Assembly: GCA_013239625.1 (NCBI GenBank)
Contig: MU054117.1
Location: 498,001-562,000, forward strand
DNA length: 64,000 nt
Direction of reading: 5' to 3'
DNA from: Lama guanicoe
Lineage: Eukaryota
The stretch's first letter is position 1. Each line of letters begins with the position of its first letter. The position numbers and the translations under genes are program-made. Below the pieces are notes generated by a model. That model was given only the letters and a program-made list of their open reading frames with translations, did no database searches and was not told where the DNA came from. Below, piece after piece: positions 1 through 13,549 of this stretch.

Positions 1-919
1 GGCCCCAGGCGCGCACCCCACTACTCCCCACCCCCAGCCCCGGCCTTCTGCCTCCAGGGAGAAAGACCACAGCGGGCTGTGCACAGATCTCAGCATGGAC
101 ATCGAAGCAGTTCTTTCCTTCTCACTCAGCAGGTGCTCCTGACGGAGGAGGGAAAGGAGGCTCTTCCACGTGGTCAGCTCAACGTGGAGCCTCAGGGCTG
201 GGTGTCCTGGTCCAGCCCTGGGAACTGAAGCCGCAGACGTCAGGGTGGCTGCTCTGGGCCAGGCAGTTACGGGAGACACAGAGTCTGGAGGGAGTCAGGG
301 TGCCGTTGGGAGCAGCAAGTAGAGCCGTGTGGCGCCAGGAGTCTCGACACGGACCCAGACGTGTGCTGGGCCGGCGAGTGTCCGCTGGTCCTGGGTTTGC
401 CGCGCTCCTGCAGGGGTCGGCCCCTGCCGGAACCGGGGACGCTGCTCTCTCTGAAGAGGGCAAACTCACCCATCCCCACTGGGCCGACTTCATTCTCACC
501 CACACGCTTCTGTCTGTTACAGCTGGCTTGTCTATGCACTTACACGCCACCTGTGTTCAAGTGGGATTCGAGGCAGTCGGTGGGTGGTGGAGCAGCCCCA
601 GAAACCAGAGCAGGGGAGTGGCCCCGAGCTGCGTGTTGGCGGCTCCCCTCCCTGCCCTGTCCCCACGCGCAGCCTTGCTCAGGTGTGCTCAGCTTTCCCG
701 CATCAGGAGTGCTCTGCCTCCTTCTGGGCTGAGGACTGCTGGCCCTGCTCCAAGGTCCAGCATGGTCACCCTCCCCCACCACATCCAGCGTCCACAGTTG
801 GGGCCGATGCCTCCCCTGCGCCCTCAGAGCGCCCATGAGCCCCTCCAGAGGGAGGCCCCGACCTCATCCCCGAGTCCCCAGGGGCTGGGGCAGCGCCCCC
901 ACCAAGTGTTCGCTGCTAA

Positions 920-1040
920 CAATTACATTGCACTTAATTATGTGCCGGGACCGTGTTCTCTCATTTAAGTCTCACATTTACCCTGCGACTCGTGCTGTTA
1001 TTATGCCCATTTTACAGATGAAGAAGCTGAGGTCCTGGAT
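920..1040. mobile_element. MIR fragment
   Basis: tctcatttaa...cccattttacagatgaagaagctgagg core. Confidence 0.65.
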
Positions 1041-4000
1041 CCTGCCCCAAGGCCCCTGGAGGTGGAGCCAGCTTCCAGCTCAGGCCCCTGGAGAGTGGGA
1101 GGCATTTTCTGTGTGTGGCCTTTTCTTGAAATCATCTTTCTCCATAACCAGATTGTGAGCCCTGGAAGGAACAGGGAGGTCTTCCCAGCTCCCACAGTGC
1201 TTTCCCTGCAGGGGGACCTTGGGGACGATTTCTGGCAGTGGCAGATGGAGCTCTGCAACGCCCTCATCAGTGGTTGGTTTGATCACACGGTGGGACCCGC
1301 AGCCACGGGACCCACAGCCATGGGACTCTCGCTCCCACTTCCACAGCCAGGGAAGCAGCTGCACAGACTTGGGGGCTGCTCAGCCGCAGGGCAAGGGCAG
1401 GTGCAGAGCGGACTCCTACACCCGAGTCATTTCCCTGTTCATTAAAGAGAGCCACCTCGGTTCTGCAAACAAGGGGAGACCAAGGCCCGGAGCGGGAGAT
1501 TTTCCCCAGGACGGTGCTTGGGGTCATCAGAGCTGCTGTCCTGGAAGGAAGGCTTGGGGACATCCTTCCTCCTGACTCTGCCGTGAGCACGGCCTTGGTT
1601 CGGACTCCCCGGGGCAGCCAAGACTCCCAGCCCATAGTGGCCACTCTCAACCAGGGGCACGGTGCCCTCCTCACCTCGGGGACACGGGCCAGCTCTAGAG
1701 ATATCCTGATTGTCATCCTGGGGCCCACACCAAGGAATCACCTGGCCTCAAGCGTCAGAAGTGCTGAGGCTGAGAACCTGCCCAACTCAGATGGGGAGGG
1801 AAGACCCGAACTATCCCCCCACGCCCCTGGGCCTCGTCGAGAGGGGCGTTCGGGCCTCAGGCCCGGCCTCGGCACCTTTACTCCGCCGCCTGCACCGTCC
1901 ACTTCCCATCTGATGTTTCCCTCTGGCCTCCCACAGAATTCAAAACCCGAAATGATTTTATTGAGCACCAGAGGGGCCACAGTGGAATGCTGATGTTTCA
2001 TGTCCTACCTTACTTTAACGCTGCCTCCTCACTTAACCTCACCTGGAAGATAAAGAGGGGTTACATTTTACCAGTGAGGCCACCGAGGCTCAGAGAGGTT
2101 GTGTAACAGGTCCAAGGTCACACAGCCATGCCGGGCTCCAGCCCAGCTCTCCTGCTGCTCCCACGAAACAGCACGGAGATGTGCAGACGAATATGACACA
2201 GTCGGCAAGTGGAAGGCAGTTTGTTTTCCTCAAAAAAGACCATCCCCTGCGTTGTGACCAGGAGAGCAGGCCAAGCTCCGAGGAAACGCACAAGCCTGCA
2301 GGCAAAGACAGGCTGGTGTATCCTCCTAGTCGCAGGGCCTTCAGCTTCTCAGAACACGGGTGAGCCAGCAGCACATGAGCTGAACATCTAAAGTGCAGAG
2401 GAAACCTCTGGGGGTCTCCCCACCCAGCGCAGGGCACCCCCAGGCCCTCCAGGACAAGGCCTGTGCTGGTGCCGACACAGGCACTGGGGGCTTGTTAGAC
2501 AGACCGACCCGGAGCTCTGACTGCCAGCCCCGGAGTCTGTCGTGATGGCCTTAATTTTGTTAATGAGGGTGTGGGTGTGTGCGTGTGTGTGCATGTGTGT
2601 GGGTGCACGCACGCTACCAGCGCCATGTGGCCTTTATTCAAGGCTGAGGCTGGGCCTAGGCCTCCTCCCTGCAGTCTGGGCAGAGGGGCCCCCCCAGGCT
2701 CTGCTCAGATGAACCCCTCCTCACGGTTTTCCTGGGCCTGGCACAGGACTCCGGGCCAAGTGGCCGGACACTGTCTCCAGGACTGTGGTGGGGCCATGAA
2801 CTCAGTGCCGTTTCCTCAGGGGGGCCCCCGGGCTCCGTAATCACTTTCAGAAAGTACCACTGTTTTGTTTGCATGGCTCCGGGGGAGGGGCCGGGCTCCT
2901 CCACATGCTGCACTGGCCCCATCGTGGGCAGCGGGCGCGGGAGGGGACTGCGAGAGGGGACCGGCAGGCTGCAGCTGCTGCTGCGGGAGGTTGGCTTCAG
3001 GGAGGAGTGAAGCGAGAAGGAGTGGGACTTGGGGACCGAGGTGTCGTGGGGGAGGAGGGAGCAGCTGGTGACTTGTTTATCTGCTCAGCTGTTCTGTGTC
3101 CAGGAGCCTGAGAGAGAGACAGAGGCAGCTGGGAGCAGACTGGCCCTTGTGGTCCCGCCCCAGCCACAGGTTCTGAAACCCAAGCAAAACCACCAGAGTG
3201 ACCCTAGGGGGCTGCCCTCCCCCTGCTCGGAAGGGTCTCTTTGGGGCCCATATGCTAGTTTCTGTTGTGCAAATTCCTCGCTTCCTCCTTCCTGCCCCAC
3301 GGTGGAGTGGCACAAACTCAGTCTTGCTGGGCCTGGGTCTGCTGCGTCCCCTGTGTGAGCTGGCCCGGTCCTTGGGGGCCAAACCAGCTACCTCCAGGCT
3401 TGGCACCGCCCGACCAAACCCGTGATAGCCACCAAGCCCCCTCCCTTTTTCCAGGGCCGACTTCAACTGCCCAAGAACCGGGAAGCCTCGCCCACCGGCC
3501 CTCTTCAGGCCCGCCTTGGGTCTCATTTACCTGCCGCACTGCTGGGGGCTGGGCTGGACGGCAGCTCCCACCCTCGGCACAGCCCGCAGAGCAGCCGGGC
3601 TCCCTCACAGCGTGGCTCCCAGGGTTTGTTTGTTTCCCCTTTGGCTCTTCCTCCTGCCTCACTATTTTCTCGTTGAGAGCGTGTGCTGGAACTTCCACCA
3701 GCCAGTGCCTTTCCCTCCTCCCCGCTCTCAGCACAAAGCTGGCACCTCTGCTGACAAAGGGTCTGCTTCTCGGGCACTGGGCCAGTGGCGGGGACTGTCA
3801 CCGTCTCCAACGCCGTCAGTGGCCACTGGCACTTGAAGCAGCCGGAACGACATCTCAGAAGCCCCACAGTCCCAGCTTCTGCTCTGGGCACGAGGCCCCT
3901 CGGAGCTGCGAGGTGCCCACGGGCGGGAAGGACGAAAAGACTGAGCGATCCAGGACAGACGGAATGCAGTCAGATGCCCGTCTGCGGGTTGAGGGCAAAG

Positions 4001-4164
4001 GGACTGTCGCGGGAGAGGCTGTGGGAGCGGAAGGCCTGGCTCTCGGTGGTCCTTGCTCTGCTGCTAACAAGTCGGGCGGGCAGGGCAGACAAGCCCCTCT
4101 GAGCGGGTCCCAGCCTCCGTTTCTGGGTCCTTTTCTGCTGACGGATATTCTCCTTCTAATTATT

Positions 4165-4287
4165 GGGGTTTTTTGGGGGGTGTAGGTAACTAGGTTTATT
4201 TATTCTCAGAGTCGGCGCCGGGGATTGGACCCGGGGCCTCATGCATGCTAAGCACACAGTCTGCCACTGAGCTCTACCCTCCCCCCC
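4165..4287 (-). mobile_element. tRNA-derived SINE (camelid vic-1-like)
   Basis: Reverse complement of GGGGAGGGTA.AGCTCAGTGG.AGA...GCTTAGCATGCA.GAGG...AATAAATAAACCTA. Confidence 0.8.
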
Positions 4288-5462
4288 AGGCTTTTCTCCT
4301 TTTAGGATGCTAATATCTTTGTCTACAGCCCATTTCCTTCTCCAAAGACTAGGTAGCCCAGTAAAATCACCGCCCAGTGGTGTCAGTGACACAGCCGTTT
4401 CCTGAACCCAGGTGCTCCGCCGAAGCCCCAGGCAGAACTCCCAGGTGAGGGAGCTCTGGAAGTTTCGCTCCCTCTGGGTCAGGGGCTCCAAAGGCAGAGG
4501 TGCCAGAGGACCACTTTCCTGAGCATTTCCTGTGTGGATGTCACCAGACCCCTCCCCCACGTCCTCCTTCCCCCGCAGAGGCTCCTTGAGCTCCTCTTTC
4601 CAGAAGCAAGGCCAGGGCTCCTGAGCACCAGATGGAGTTCCATTCGGTTTACCAGATGGGTTTAGAGCACTTACTCTGTGAGTGGTGTTGCTGGACCCAA
4701 AGGAGAACAGAAACACAAGCACACCCTGGTCCCCGTGGAGCCAACTGAGCTGCGGGTGGGCTGGAAGCCATTAGAGGACAGCTCTGCCCCGCACCTCCCC
4801 CGTCCTCCCTGCAGCCTGAGAGGACACGGGAAGGGAAATCATCCCATTGACTGACGAATGCCTTCAAAGGTGACAGTGGAATTTCTTCCTTACATTTAAG
4901 AAAACTGGCAACAAGAAGTGTATTAAAGCAGGTGGTCCTTACATGTGTTTTGTCAACTGTGTTTAGCATTGTAACAGCAACAGTGGCTGCTCTTGTCTCC
5001 TGAGTCCCCGCTGCGCCCACCGCACGTTTTGGCCAATACGTTACACACACTGTCTTACTGGCTTCCTTTATGAGAGAGGTGCTGTTACAACCTCCATCTT
5101 CACGGGGGTGGGGTAATTTACACTCATGTTTCCAGTTTTGGGGGGAGTCGGTCTTTGAGGTCGTGTCTGCTTTACCCCCAAGGCCGGGCCGACTGGAGAA
5201 ATGCCAGGCAGTCCAGGCCGATCCCTGGGCGGCGATGCCCGAAGGCCCAGCCCTGCAGTTCCTGCCCCAGACTTTCTCCATGAGGAAATCCAGCACCTGC
5301 CCCCGATGCTCCGGAGCTGGCTGGGGTCCAGCCACCACTCTCTGTGCTGCTGGCGGCGTCAGCCCAGATGACACTCTGCCCCCGCGGTGCCAGCGTGGGG
5401 TTTTCTGGTCAGTGCAGGCAGCCAGCCTTCTGGGGTTGACTTTGTTGTTTGCTTGTGTCCAT

Positions 5463-5591
5463 TGGTTTTTTTCTTTCTTAGGGTGATTAGGTTCATGTAT
5501 TTATTTATTTTAGAGGAGGTGCTGGGGCTTGAACCCATGACCTCGGGCATGCTAATCATGCACTCTGCCACTTGAGCTGTACCCTCGCCCC
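5463..5591 (-). mobile_element. vic-1-like SINE
   Basis: Same family as the other copies; tRNA A/B-box-like head. Confidence 0.8.
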
Positions 5592-5899
5592 TGATTTTTT
5601 CTTTAATCGAGCACCTATTGTGTGCGAGGCCCCGTGGCAGTGATGGGGACTTGGGCGGCACAGGAGCCAGCATGACCGTCCTCCTCAGGGAGCTTACCGC
5701 CTCCGAATGTGTCCGTCAAGGCTGCGCTTCTGGCCACTTCTTTTCCCATAAGAGCTGAGCGATAATTTGGTCTCATTCCATAAAGTAGTTCACTGGTATT
5801 TTATGAAGTTTGTGCTAAATCTGTTAGTTGTCCTGGGAAACATCACCCTCAGGGTTTTTTTCTTTTAACTTTAAAATTCCTAGAAAATCATACTGACTT

Positions 5900-6660
5900 G
5901 CTGTTTTTTTATTATTTTAATTTTTAAAAATTTTTGTCCCATTTTTTTTAGTTGAGGTATGGTCAGTCCACAATGTTATGTCCATTTCTGGTGCACAGCG
6001 TCATGTTTCAGTCATGCATGCACATATATATATTCCGTTTCATGTTTTTTTTCATTATACTTACTACAAGGTATTGAATGTAGTTCCCTGTGCTGTACAG
6101 TATAAACTAGTTTATCTGTTTTATATATACCAGTCAGTATATGCAAATCTCAAACTCCCAGTTTATCCCTTTCCACTCTTTCCCTCCCTTGATAACCATA
6201 CGTTTGTTTACTGTGTCTGGGAGTCTCTCTCTGTTCTGTAAGTAAGTTCACATGTGTCATTTTTTTAGATTCCACATATAAGCGATAAAACATGATATTT
6301 TTCTTTCTCTGTCTGATTTACTTCACTTAGAATGATGGTCTCCAGGTCCATCCATGTTGCTGCAAATGGCATTGTTTTAGTCTTTTTATGGCTGAGTAGT
6401 ATTCCATTGTATAAATACACCACAGCTTCTTTACCCAGTCATCTGTTGGTGGACATTCAAGTTGTTTCCATGTCTTGGCTGTTACAAATAGTGCTGCTAT
6501 GAACACTGGGGTGCAGGTGTCTTTTGGAATTAGAGTTCGCTCCAGGTATACACCCCGGAGTGGGATCGCTGGGTCACAGGGTAAGCCTATTCTTAGTGTT
6601 TTGAGGAGTCTCCATGCCGTTTTCCATAGTGGCTGCACCAGTTTACATTCCCACCAACAG
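5900..6660 (-). mobile_element. 5'-truncated LINE-1 (ORF2 C-terminus and 3' UTR)
   Basis: ORF 6327-6638: QPLWKT...DPAIPL...[11 protein letters not shown]...[14 protein letters not shown]-rich tail at left. Confidence 0.9.
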
Positions 6661-8422
6661 GACCACCCTCAGCTTTGACCTTCATGGTCAGGGAGGACTT
6701 TCTACTCAGGTGAATGTTGCTAACCTCAGGCTCCAGTCTCGCTTCTGGTTACCATTTTTTCCAGCTTTGCTGGGACACAATCGGCACATTGCACTGTACA
6801 GGTTGAAGGTGTCCGAGTGTTGAGTGGTGCATGTTTCCCTCACTGTGCTTTTACCTCTGCTCCTCCGCCCGCGGGGACGGATGCCCGGGAGGGGCTTCCG
6901 CTCTTCTGTGTAGGGTCTGCCTGTGTCTTCATCTCCAGGACGCAGTGAGGAGCCTGCCGTGGCCGTCCGGCCTCAGAACCAGTGCTGCCTGGTCTGGGTG
7001 TCGGGGTCTCCCAGTCTCTAAGCTCATTCTAGCCTCAAAGAGTCCAGGCTGAAACAGCAAGAGAGGGGACCAGGTGGGCAAAACAGGACCAACAGGGGCC
7101 CTGGCTTCAAGTCTCCACCCCACAGTCACCTTCACTCAGTTTATAAACTTTGCACGATGAAAGGTTTTTCCCCCACTTTTATTGTATTTGAAACACAATC
7201 TATTGATATTTGATATTTTGCTGTATTTGCTCCGTCCATCATCCACCTGTTTACCTACCTGTCTTCATGTCTGTGTATCCGAATCCTCTTAAAGTAAGTT
7301 ACACACACAGTGGCTTCAATCCTTCAAATATTTCCCCAGAAAGTGAGGATGTTGGCCTTATAAGCACAATGCCATTGTCACACCTAACAAAAGGAGAATA
7401 ATTTTTGATTCAATCTAACAACAAGGCCATACTCACATTTCCCATTTGCCCCCAAATATCTTTTGAAGCTGGTTTCTTGAAATCAAGGCTCGTGCATTGC
7501 ATTCTGTTGATCTTGAATCTATTTCAATCCAAAATAATCGATTCTCCTTTTAGTATGTCTTTGAGTCTGGAAGACGTGGCTCTGCTCTCGTGTGTAGTAT
7601 TCCATGATGTAAATTTGTCTAATTATGTCCCTGTTTGGTCATTTCACTTGTTCCTTTTTCTGTATGTTTCTAAACTGCGCATCAGACCTAAAAGGCCTGA
7701 TTAGATTCCGATTAAAACGTCTTGGCAAGAACGCACCCAGGTGCAGGCTCTGGTTCCACCTTATAGTGCAGGTGCCATCGGAAGGCTGTCTCCAGGGTGG
7801 GCGAGGGGGGCTGGCCTTCCCCTAGCAGGTTACTGGGATGAATCTCAGCTTGTGTGCCACGCAGAAGGGTCTTCCTTTACCAGCTGGGGGCTTGAGAGGT
7901 GGGCTCAGACTGAGGACTCTGGTGCAAAAGCCCCACTGCCGGAGAGCAGCCAGCCAGAGAGCTGCGAGTTACAGCTCAAGGACCTGCCCGGGAGCAAGGT
8001 GGCAGGAAGGCAGAGACCAGCGCTGTAGGCCGTCAGCCTCTCGGCCTCGGGCAAGTCATCTGAACCCCTTGAGACTTGGGTCCCCGTCTGTGAAATGGGG
8101 ACTGTTGTTACCCACTTAGCGGAGGGGCTTTGTGGATCGGCCCCGATGGACAGGGTACCCCAGGGACACCGGGCCGCTCCGCGGATGGAAGCTCATGCTC
8201 CGCTGGCTAAAGCTCTGTGCCCGGCGATGGTGGGTGTGCTTGGGGCTGGCCCTTATCACCCCAGCACTGGGGACACTGAACCCCGTCCCCCCAGGTGCTG
8301 GGCGAGGTGGGGCCTGGAGCAGCTGGAGCCTTCCCGACAAAGGGGCTGTTAATCCTCTAATTAGAAGTGGTGGGTTGGAGGCTGGCAGCTCGCAAAGCCA
8401 CTTCACAGGTCTGCAAAGCCAG

Positions 8423-8467
8423 CGTGGGACGTGGGACGTGGGACGTGGGACGCGTGACGCGTGACGC
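8423..8467. repeat. Heptamer repeat (CGTGGGA)4(CGCGTGA)2
   Basis: Direct reading. Confidence 0.85.
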
Positions 8468-11400
8468 AGGCCGCCTGCTTGTGGGTGTGGCCCAGGTTGC
8501 TGGTGCTCGGACCTGCTGAGGTGGGTATGCCCTTGGCTGTGTCCTTGGTTTGCCCCGCAGCCCTTCGTGAGCCAGTTTTTAGGGCATATTATTTACACAA
8601 AACCTCTGGAGTTAAGATAAGGCAAAACTCATCTCTTGAGATTTAAAACAAAACATTTAAACATCAGGTGGTTGACTGTAGCTTTGAACATGAGAAATGC
8701 ACCCCAAAATATGGTAACGAATTGAGTAGGTGGTGGAAGACGGGGGCCGTCCTGGCATTGGCCACAGGACTCGGGGTTTTGGTTTCAAATAACAGAATGA
8801 GTAACTAAAGTGGCCCAAACAACAGGGCATCTGATCTCAGGACAGGAGGTCCAGAAGGAGGCGTCTGGGCCACCAGGCAGCTCAGCAGGCTCGGGGCTTT
8901 GTCCAGCCTCTCTGTGGTCCTCCCGGCTTTGCCCGCGTGATCCCCAGGTGGCTGCAGCCGCGCTGAGCGTCACATACCACTGTGATAATGAGCAAAGATG
9001 GCGGGGAAGGGAGGGGTCTGCTCCAAAAGCCCCCAGCCAATGTCACCGTCCATCCCCTTGTGTCTCTGTCTAGGCAGGTCACTCGCCTGCTCCGAGCCAA
9101 TCACTGTCCAAGAAGCCGGGTCCCCGGGGCTGGGTCCACCTCCCCTGGAGGCATTACACTCTGAACAAAAGCGTAAGGGGCAAAGCGGGAAATGGTGGAC
9201 AACCCGCAACCTCGATAACTAAGTCGTCCTCTGATCAGCTGTCAAGAGCGCCCAGGGAGAGAGGCGTCTGAGTCCAGCAAACAAACAGAAACCAGAAGGA
9301 AGGTTTGAGAAGGGCCCCCCGTGTGCAGAGAGGAGAACCCCAAAGAGAGCGAGGAAGTGCGCCCGCATCCGGGACAAGCCCTAATTACGAAGCTTCTAAA
9401 CAAGACGTGTGGCTTTGCTTTCAGGGAGGGTCGCCCAAGTGAAGAGACTGGCTCCTTTTTGGTGAAAACCACGAATTAACTTTGTGAGAACAGAGTGGCC
9501 CAAGGCCCTCTGCCTGGAGCCTGGAGCCTGGGGCCAGGAGACGGCCATGTCCGGGACCCTCCCAGCCCCCACTGGTTTCAGAGGGACTGGGAGCTCCTGC
9601 CTGTCTGGCAGGGGCAGCTCCTGGTCTCGCCTTGTGTGAAGGAGGGTACGGTTTTGCCCAATCTTCTGATCTTTCCAGAGAAGTTAAAGTTTTAAAGTTT
9701 TATGTGAAATTGTCTCATTTTAAAAAGCTAGCAACATTTTAAAAAATATTTAAAGCATGGTGGACAGGCTGCAACACCTGCGGGTCAGGATCTGACCCGC
9801 AGGTGAACGGGCTCCGGGGAGGTCACTGGGGTGACGAGGATGCCCTAACGTGTGTTCACGCCAGTGGCCGCACAGCTGGGCTTGTGAATCTGCTGCACAG
9901 TGCTGACCTGTGCACTCGGCGCTCACGAGGCACGTGACATGTGACATGCTCCGCGGCGAAGGATGAGGATGGCGGCCTGCAGCCGCAGTCAGCTCTGTGG
10001 ACGCGTCTCCCGCCTCAGGCCGCTCACGTCCTGGTTTTGGTTTTGTAAAGGCACCAGCCCTGCCCCCGGGGCCCTTGACCGTGGTCAGGGGATGACTTCC
10101 CCAGCTCTGAGGAGGTGTTGCTGGTCGTCCACCGGCTCCTCAGAACCCACATCATCGTGGGGGGTGGGGGGCGGAGCAGGGTTCCCACGGGGGCACCAGG
10201 GCTCACCTCCCCCTCCTGGTGGCCAGCCCCCCTGGTCGGGAAGGGCGGAGACAGCACCTGGGAGATGGGCGAGGCGTGTACGAGGAGCGTGCTTAAGGTC
10301 CCAGGTGGTCACGCTTGTCTCTAGGAGTTCTAGCCACGCAGGCACGGGGGCCATGGGAGCCTCCTCCCGTCGCCCACCACCCGGGGAGGAGGGCCATCAC
10401 CAACGCCCTGGGGGCCCAAGGAAGGGGGACCCCACACCCCCGAGGGCCGGGGGCCCTGAAATGCTCAGGTTTGAGCGCAGCAAGGTGTGGGGGGCGTGTC
10501 TGGGGGCCTGGCTCTGCGGGCCATGCTGGCGGAGGGTGTGGACTGCAGCTTCCTGGGGAGCTCAGACGTGGGCTCCTTTTTCTTGGGAATCCAGGGAGGG
10601 CTGATTACATCCTCCTGGTTTAGGCAGGTCTGCAGGACACTCCAGACGCATCACCTGAACTGAAGGCACTTTGGCCACCACTAGGGCCGGGCGCTGCCCT
10701 GCGAAGGCCCCGCTTGAGGGCCCACAGCACACCTGGACCCCCAGGAGGGGCTGCAGCCTTCCCCAGGCTAACAGGCCGCCCGAGGATGGAGTGGGGCCTG
10801 GGGGGTCGAGGAGGGGTGGGGGCCTGCCTGCAGGCCCAGGCCAGTTGGGACACTGGACCCTAAAATTGAGGGCGGAGAGACGTGCGTCAGGTCCTCAGTT
10901 TCGTGTGTGCTGTGTTCTCCCCTCTGATTTCCCGGATTCTCCAGGGCCCCCCTTCCCTCCCTGCCCACATCCTGAGGGCTGAGGCCAGTGCAGCCAGGAA
11001 GCGACTCCAGGCCCCCAAACAAGCCTGCCTTTACGACCTGCAGCCAGGCTCGGGGCGGGCCAGGCGGGCAGGTGTGAGCTCAGGGTGGCTGCAGAGGGCG
11101 GGGCTGCCTTTCCTAGCCCACCCTCGGGGGGAAAGTGCCAGTTCAAAGGGGGTGCAGGCAGGGGGCCTGTGGCGAACAAGCGAGGCCCACAGTTGTCTCA
11201 AGATTTAAGAAACTGGAAGTGAAACTCTGGAGACCTCGAGTCGTCCGTGTGAGGAAGGCTTGCCGACTGGCTCTCGCTCAGCTGAGGCCAGCGCGTGCCT
11301 CAGCCCCGCGGGGCCCTCCTCTCCCCTCTCTCGGATTTCCAGCAGCCCCTGGAGTCCGACCACCCAGAGAACTCGGTTCCATGTGGCCTGGCCATGTTCC

Positions 11401-11704
11401 TGTTGTTTCACAGGGGTCTGCCCGGCCCCCAGCAAGAACTGTGAGCTCCCTCAGGGCCGGGATGGAGTGTGTCTGTCCCTCCGCCTCCAGGGACCTCCTG
11501 CCTAGACCAGACGCTGTCTGCGGGGCCCTGCCTTGAAGGAGGGGTCTTTCCCTGTTAACAAAGGACGAGACAGACCAACCTGGGACTTTGCAGGGGCTCC
11601 TTAACTCCAGACTCCATCTGCTGACTCTGAGCTGCCGCTGCCTTCCCGTCCAGGCACTTGCTTCACCTAGTGAAGCGGCCTGGAGTTAAGAGCTCGTCAC
11701 CCAG

Positions 11705-12070
11705 AGGGCTGCGGGCAGAGTCGGGCCCCCAGATTCATGTGCTGAAGCTCTGAACCCTGGACCTTGGGGTGGGGCTGTCCTTGGAGGTGGGCCTTTCCAG
11801 AGGTGACTAGGGTACACGAGGCTGTCAGAGTGGGTCCTCATAAGGAGGGGACATTTGGACAGAGACACCAAGGTGCATGCACGGAAGAAGGCCACGTGGG
11901 GGTACAGCAAGAAGGCGGCTTCTCTAAGCCGAGGAGGGAGGCCACAGGAGGAGCCAAATCAGCAGACACCTTCATTTGGGACTTTCAGCCTCCAAAACTG
12001 AAAAAATAAATGTCTATCATTTAAGCCACCCGCCCACCCCATGCTGTGGCAGCGCCCGTGAACTAATGCA
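11705..12070 (+). mobile_element. MaLR LTR (MLT1-like)
   Basis: ccccagattcatgtgctgaag...gacaccttcatttgggactttcagcctccaaaactg...aataaa...actaatgca. Confidence 0.75.
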
Positions 12071-12886
12071 GACAGAGAGGTTGAGACCCCAGGAGGGAAG
12101 TGTCTTGTGCTGCAGGTTCTGGAAATCCCCCGTTGGGTCACGCACCCACGTGCGTGGGGGTCGTGGGGGGGGTGTGGATCCCCATTGAGAATCCTCTTGG
12201 GATCCTGGCCCCCACGCCTCCCACTCACACCCTGCTTGTGGTCCAGGCGGCCCAAGCACAGGTGGCCGGCACCAGGCAGCCCACCATGGCGCAGCAGCCA
12301 ACAAGCTGACCTAGGGGTGGGCCCTGGACACGGGGGTCTGAGCAGTTCCTGGGGAAAGACATGGAGACGCAAATGGGCAGAGACCAAAAGGCAACTAGCC
12401 CATGGGGGCTTGGGGGGCTCAGGCTGGTGGGACAATTGCTTGCTTGTTTACGAGATCAGCAGAGGCCTGGGCCCCAGGCCGTGGCTTTGCAGCCCCCGAG
12501 CCCTGTCTGAGCATCACCTGGGAAGGCTGCTGTCTCACTGGTCCCTGTTTCCCAGGGGCATCTGTGTCTTACGTGGCCAGCGTCTGCCTGACCACAGAGG
12601 ATCTGAACTAAACATCCAAACTCCTCTCGCGTTTTTAAAAACCTTCTGCAGTTAACGATCACATGCCTCCTTGGATTACAGCCTTGTCTGCAGCCTGGAG
12701 CAGTATCTCCTGAGTAGACTTTCAGCCACGGAACAGCACTTCCGAGGACGCGTGGCCTGCAGTGTGCATGAACGAACCAAGGAGTCCAGGACAGCAGAGA
12801 GAAGGGGCACGGACTCAGGACGTGCTGGATGCTGGGACCGTCGCCCGCCTTCAGGAAGCTGCCCTGGAACACGTTCTAGGGGAGAG

Positions 12887-13549
12887 TGATGCAGGAAAAC
12901 GGGTGTGGGGCGTGAGGAGGGCCGAGTCCCAGGTCTCGACTGAGCCCCTGGGACGTGCCCCGCCGGGTGTGGGTCCTTGGCTTCGCACAGGAAAGAATTC
13001 AGGTGCAGGCCACCGTTGAGTTAAGGTAGATTTGTTTAGAGAGAGACGCGCTGCATAGAGTGTAAGGCAAGAGAAAGGCCAGGAAAGAGGTGTGGGGGCT
13101 GGGTGCTCGGGTCAGAGGGAAAGAGGTCAGAGGGAAAGCAGGCGCACAGAAGAGTGCGGGCGTCTCCGAAGGGGACGGAGCGAGAAAGGCCACTAGGCGC
13201 GGTGTAGCCAGTTCTTCTGGGCTCAGTAGCTTCACACGCCTACAGGTGGGATCAATCCAACCGCCCTGGGGAAGGGGCTGGCATTCCCAGGGACTGGGCC
13301 AAGCCCGTTCTTTGGCCTTTTGCGGTCAGCCCTGGGGCTGTCACGGGGCCTGCGGGCATGTTGTTTATCACGCTGTTACAGTGAGTGTATATAACGAAGC
13401 TCAAGGTCTGCTGGAAGTTAAACCTCTTAATCCTCAAGGCCAACTGGGAGTTGAATCTTCCGCCACTTTGGTGAATCTTCCACCATTTTGGTGTTAAGTT
13501 GCTGTCCTTCCTTGAGTGGCTGTGCCCTGCCCCCTCCCCTCCTGTCTCA
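12887..13549 (-). mobile_element. ERV1-type solo LTR (663 bp)
   Basis: TGA...TCA termini, 4-bp TSD AGAG (12883-12886, 13550-13553), LTR-like internal motifs. Confidence 0.8.

Noticed and set aside
3265..4185. 306-aa ORF, and similar long ORFs at 300-968, 16767-17648 and 36227-37153
   Set aside because: Low-complexity products expected by chance in GC-rich DNA; no recognisable domain or exon structure
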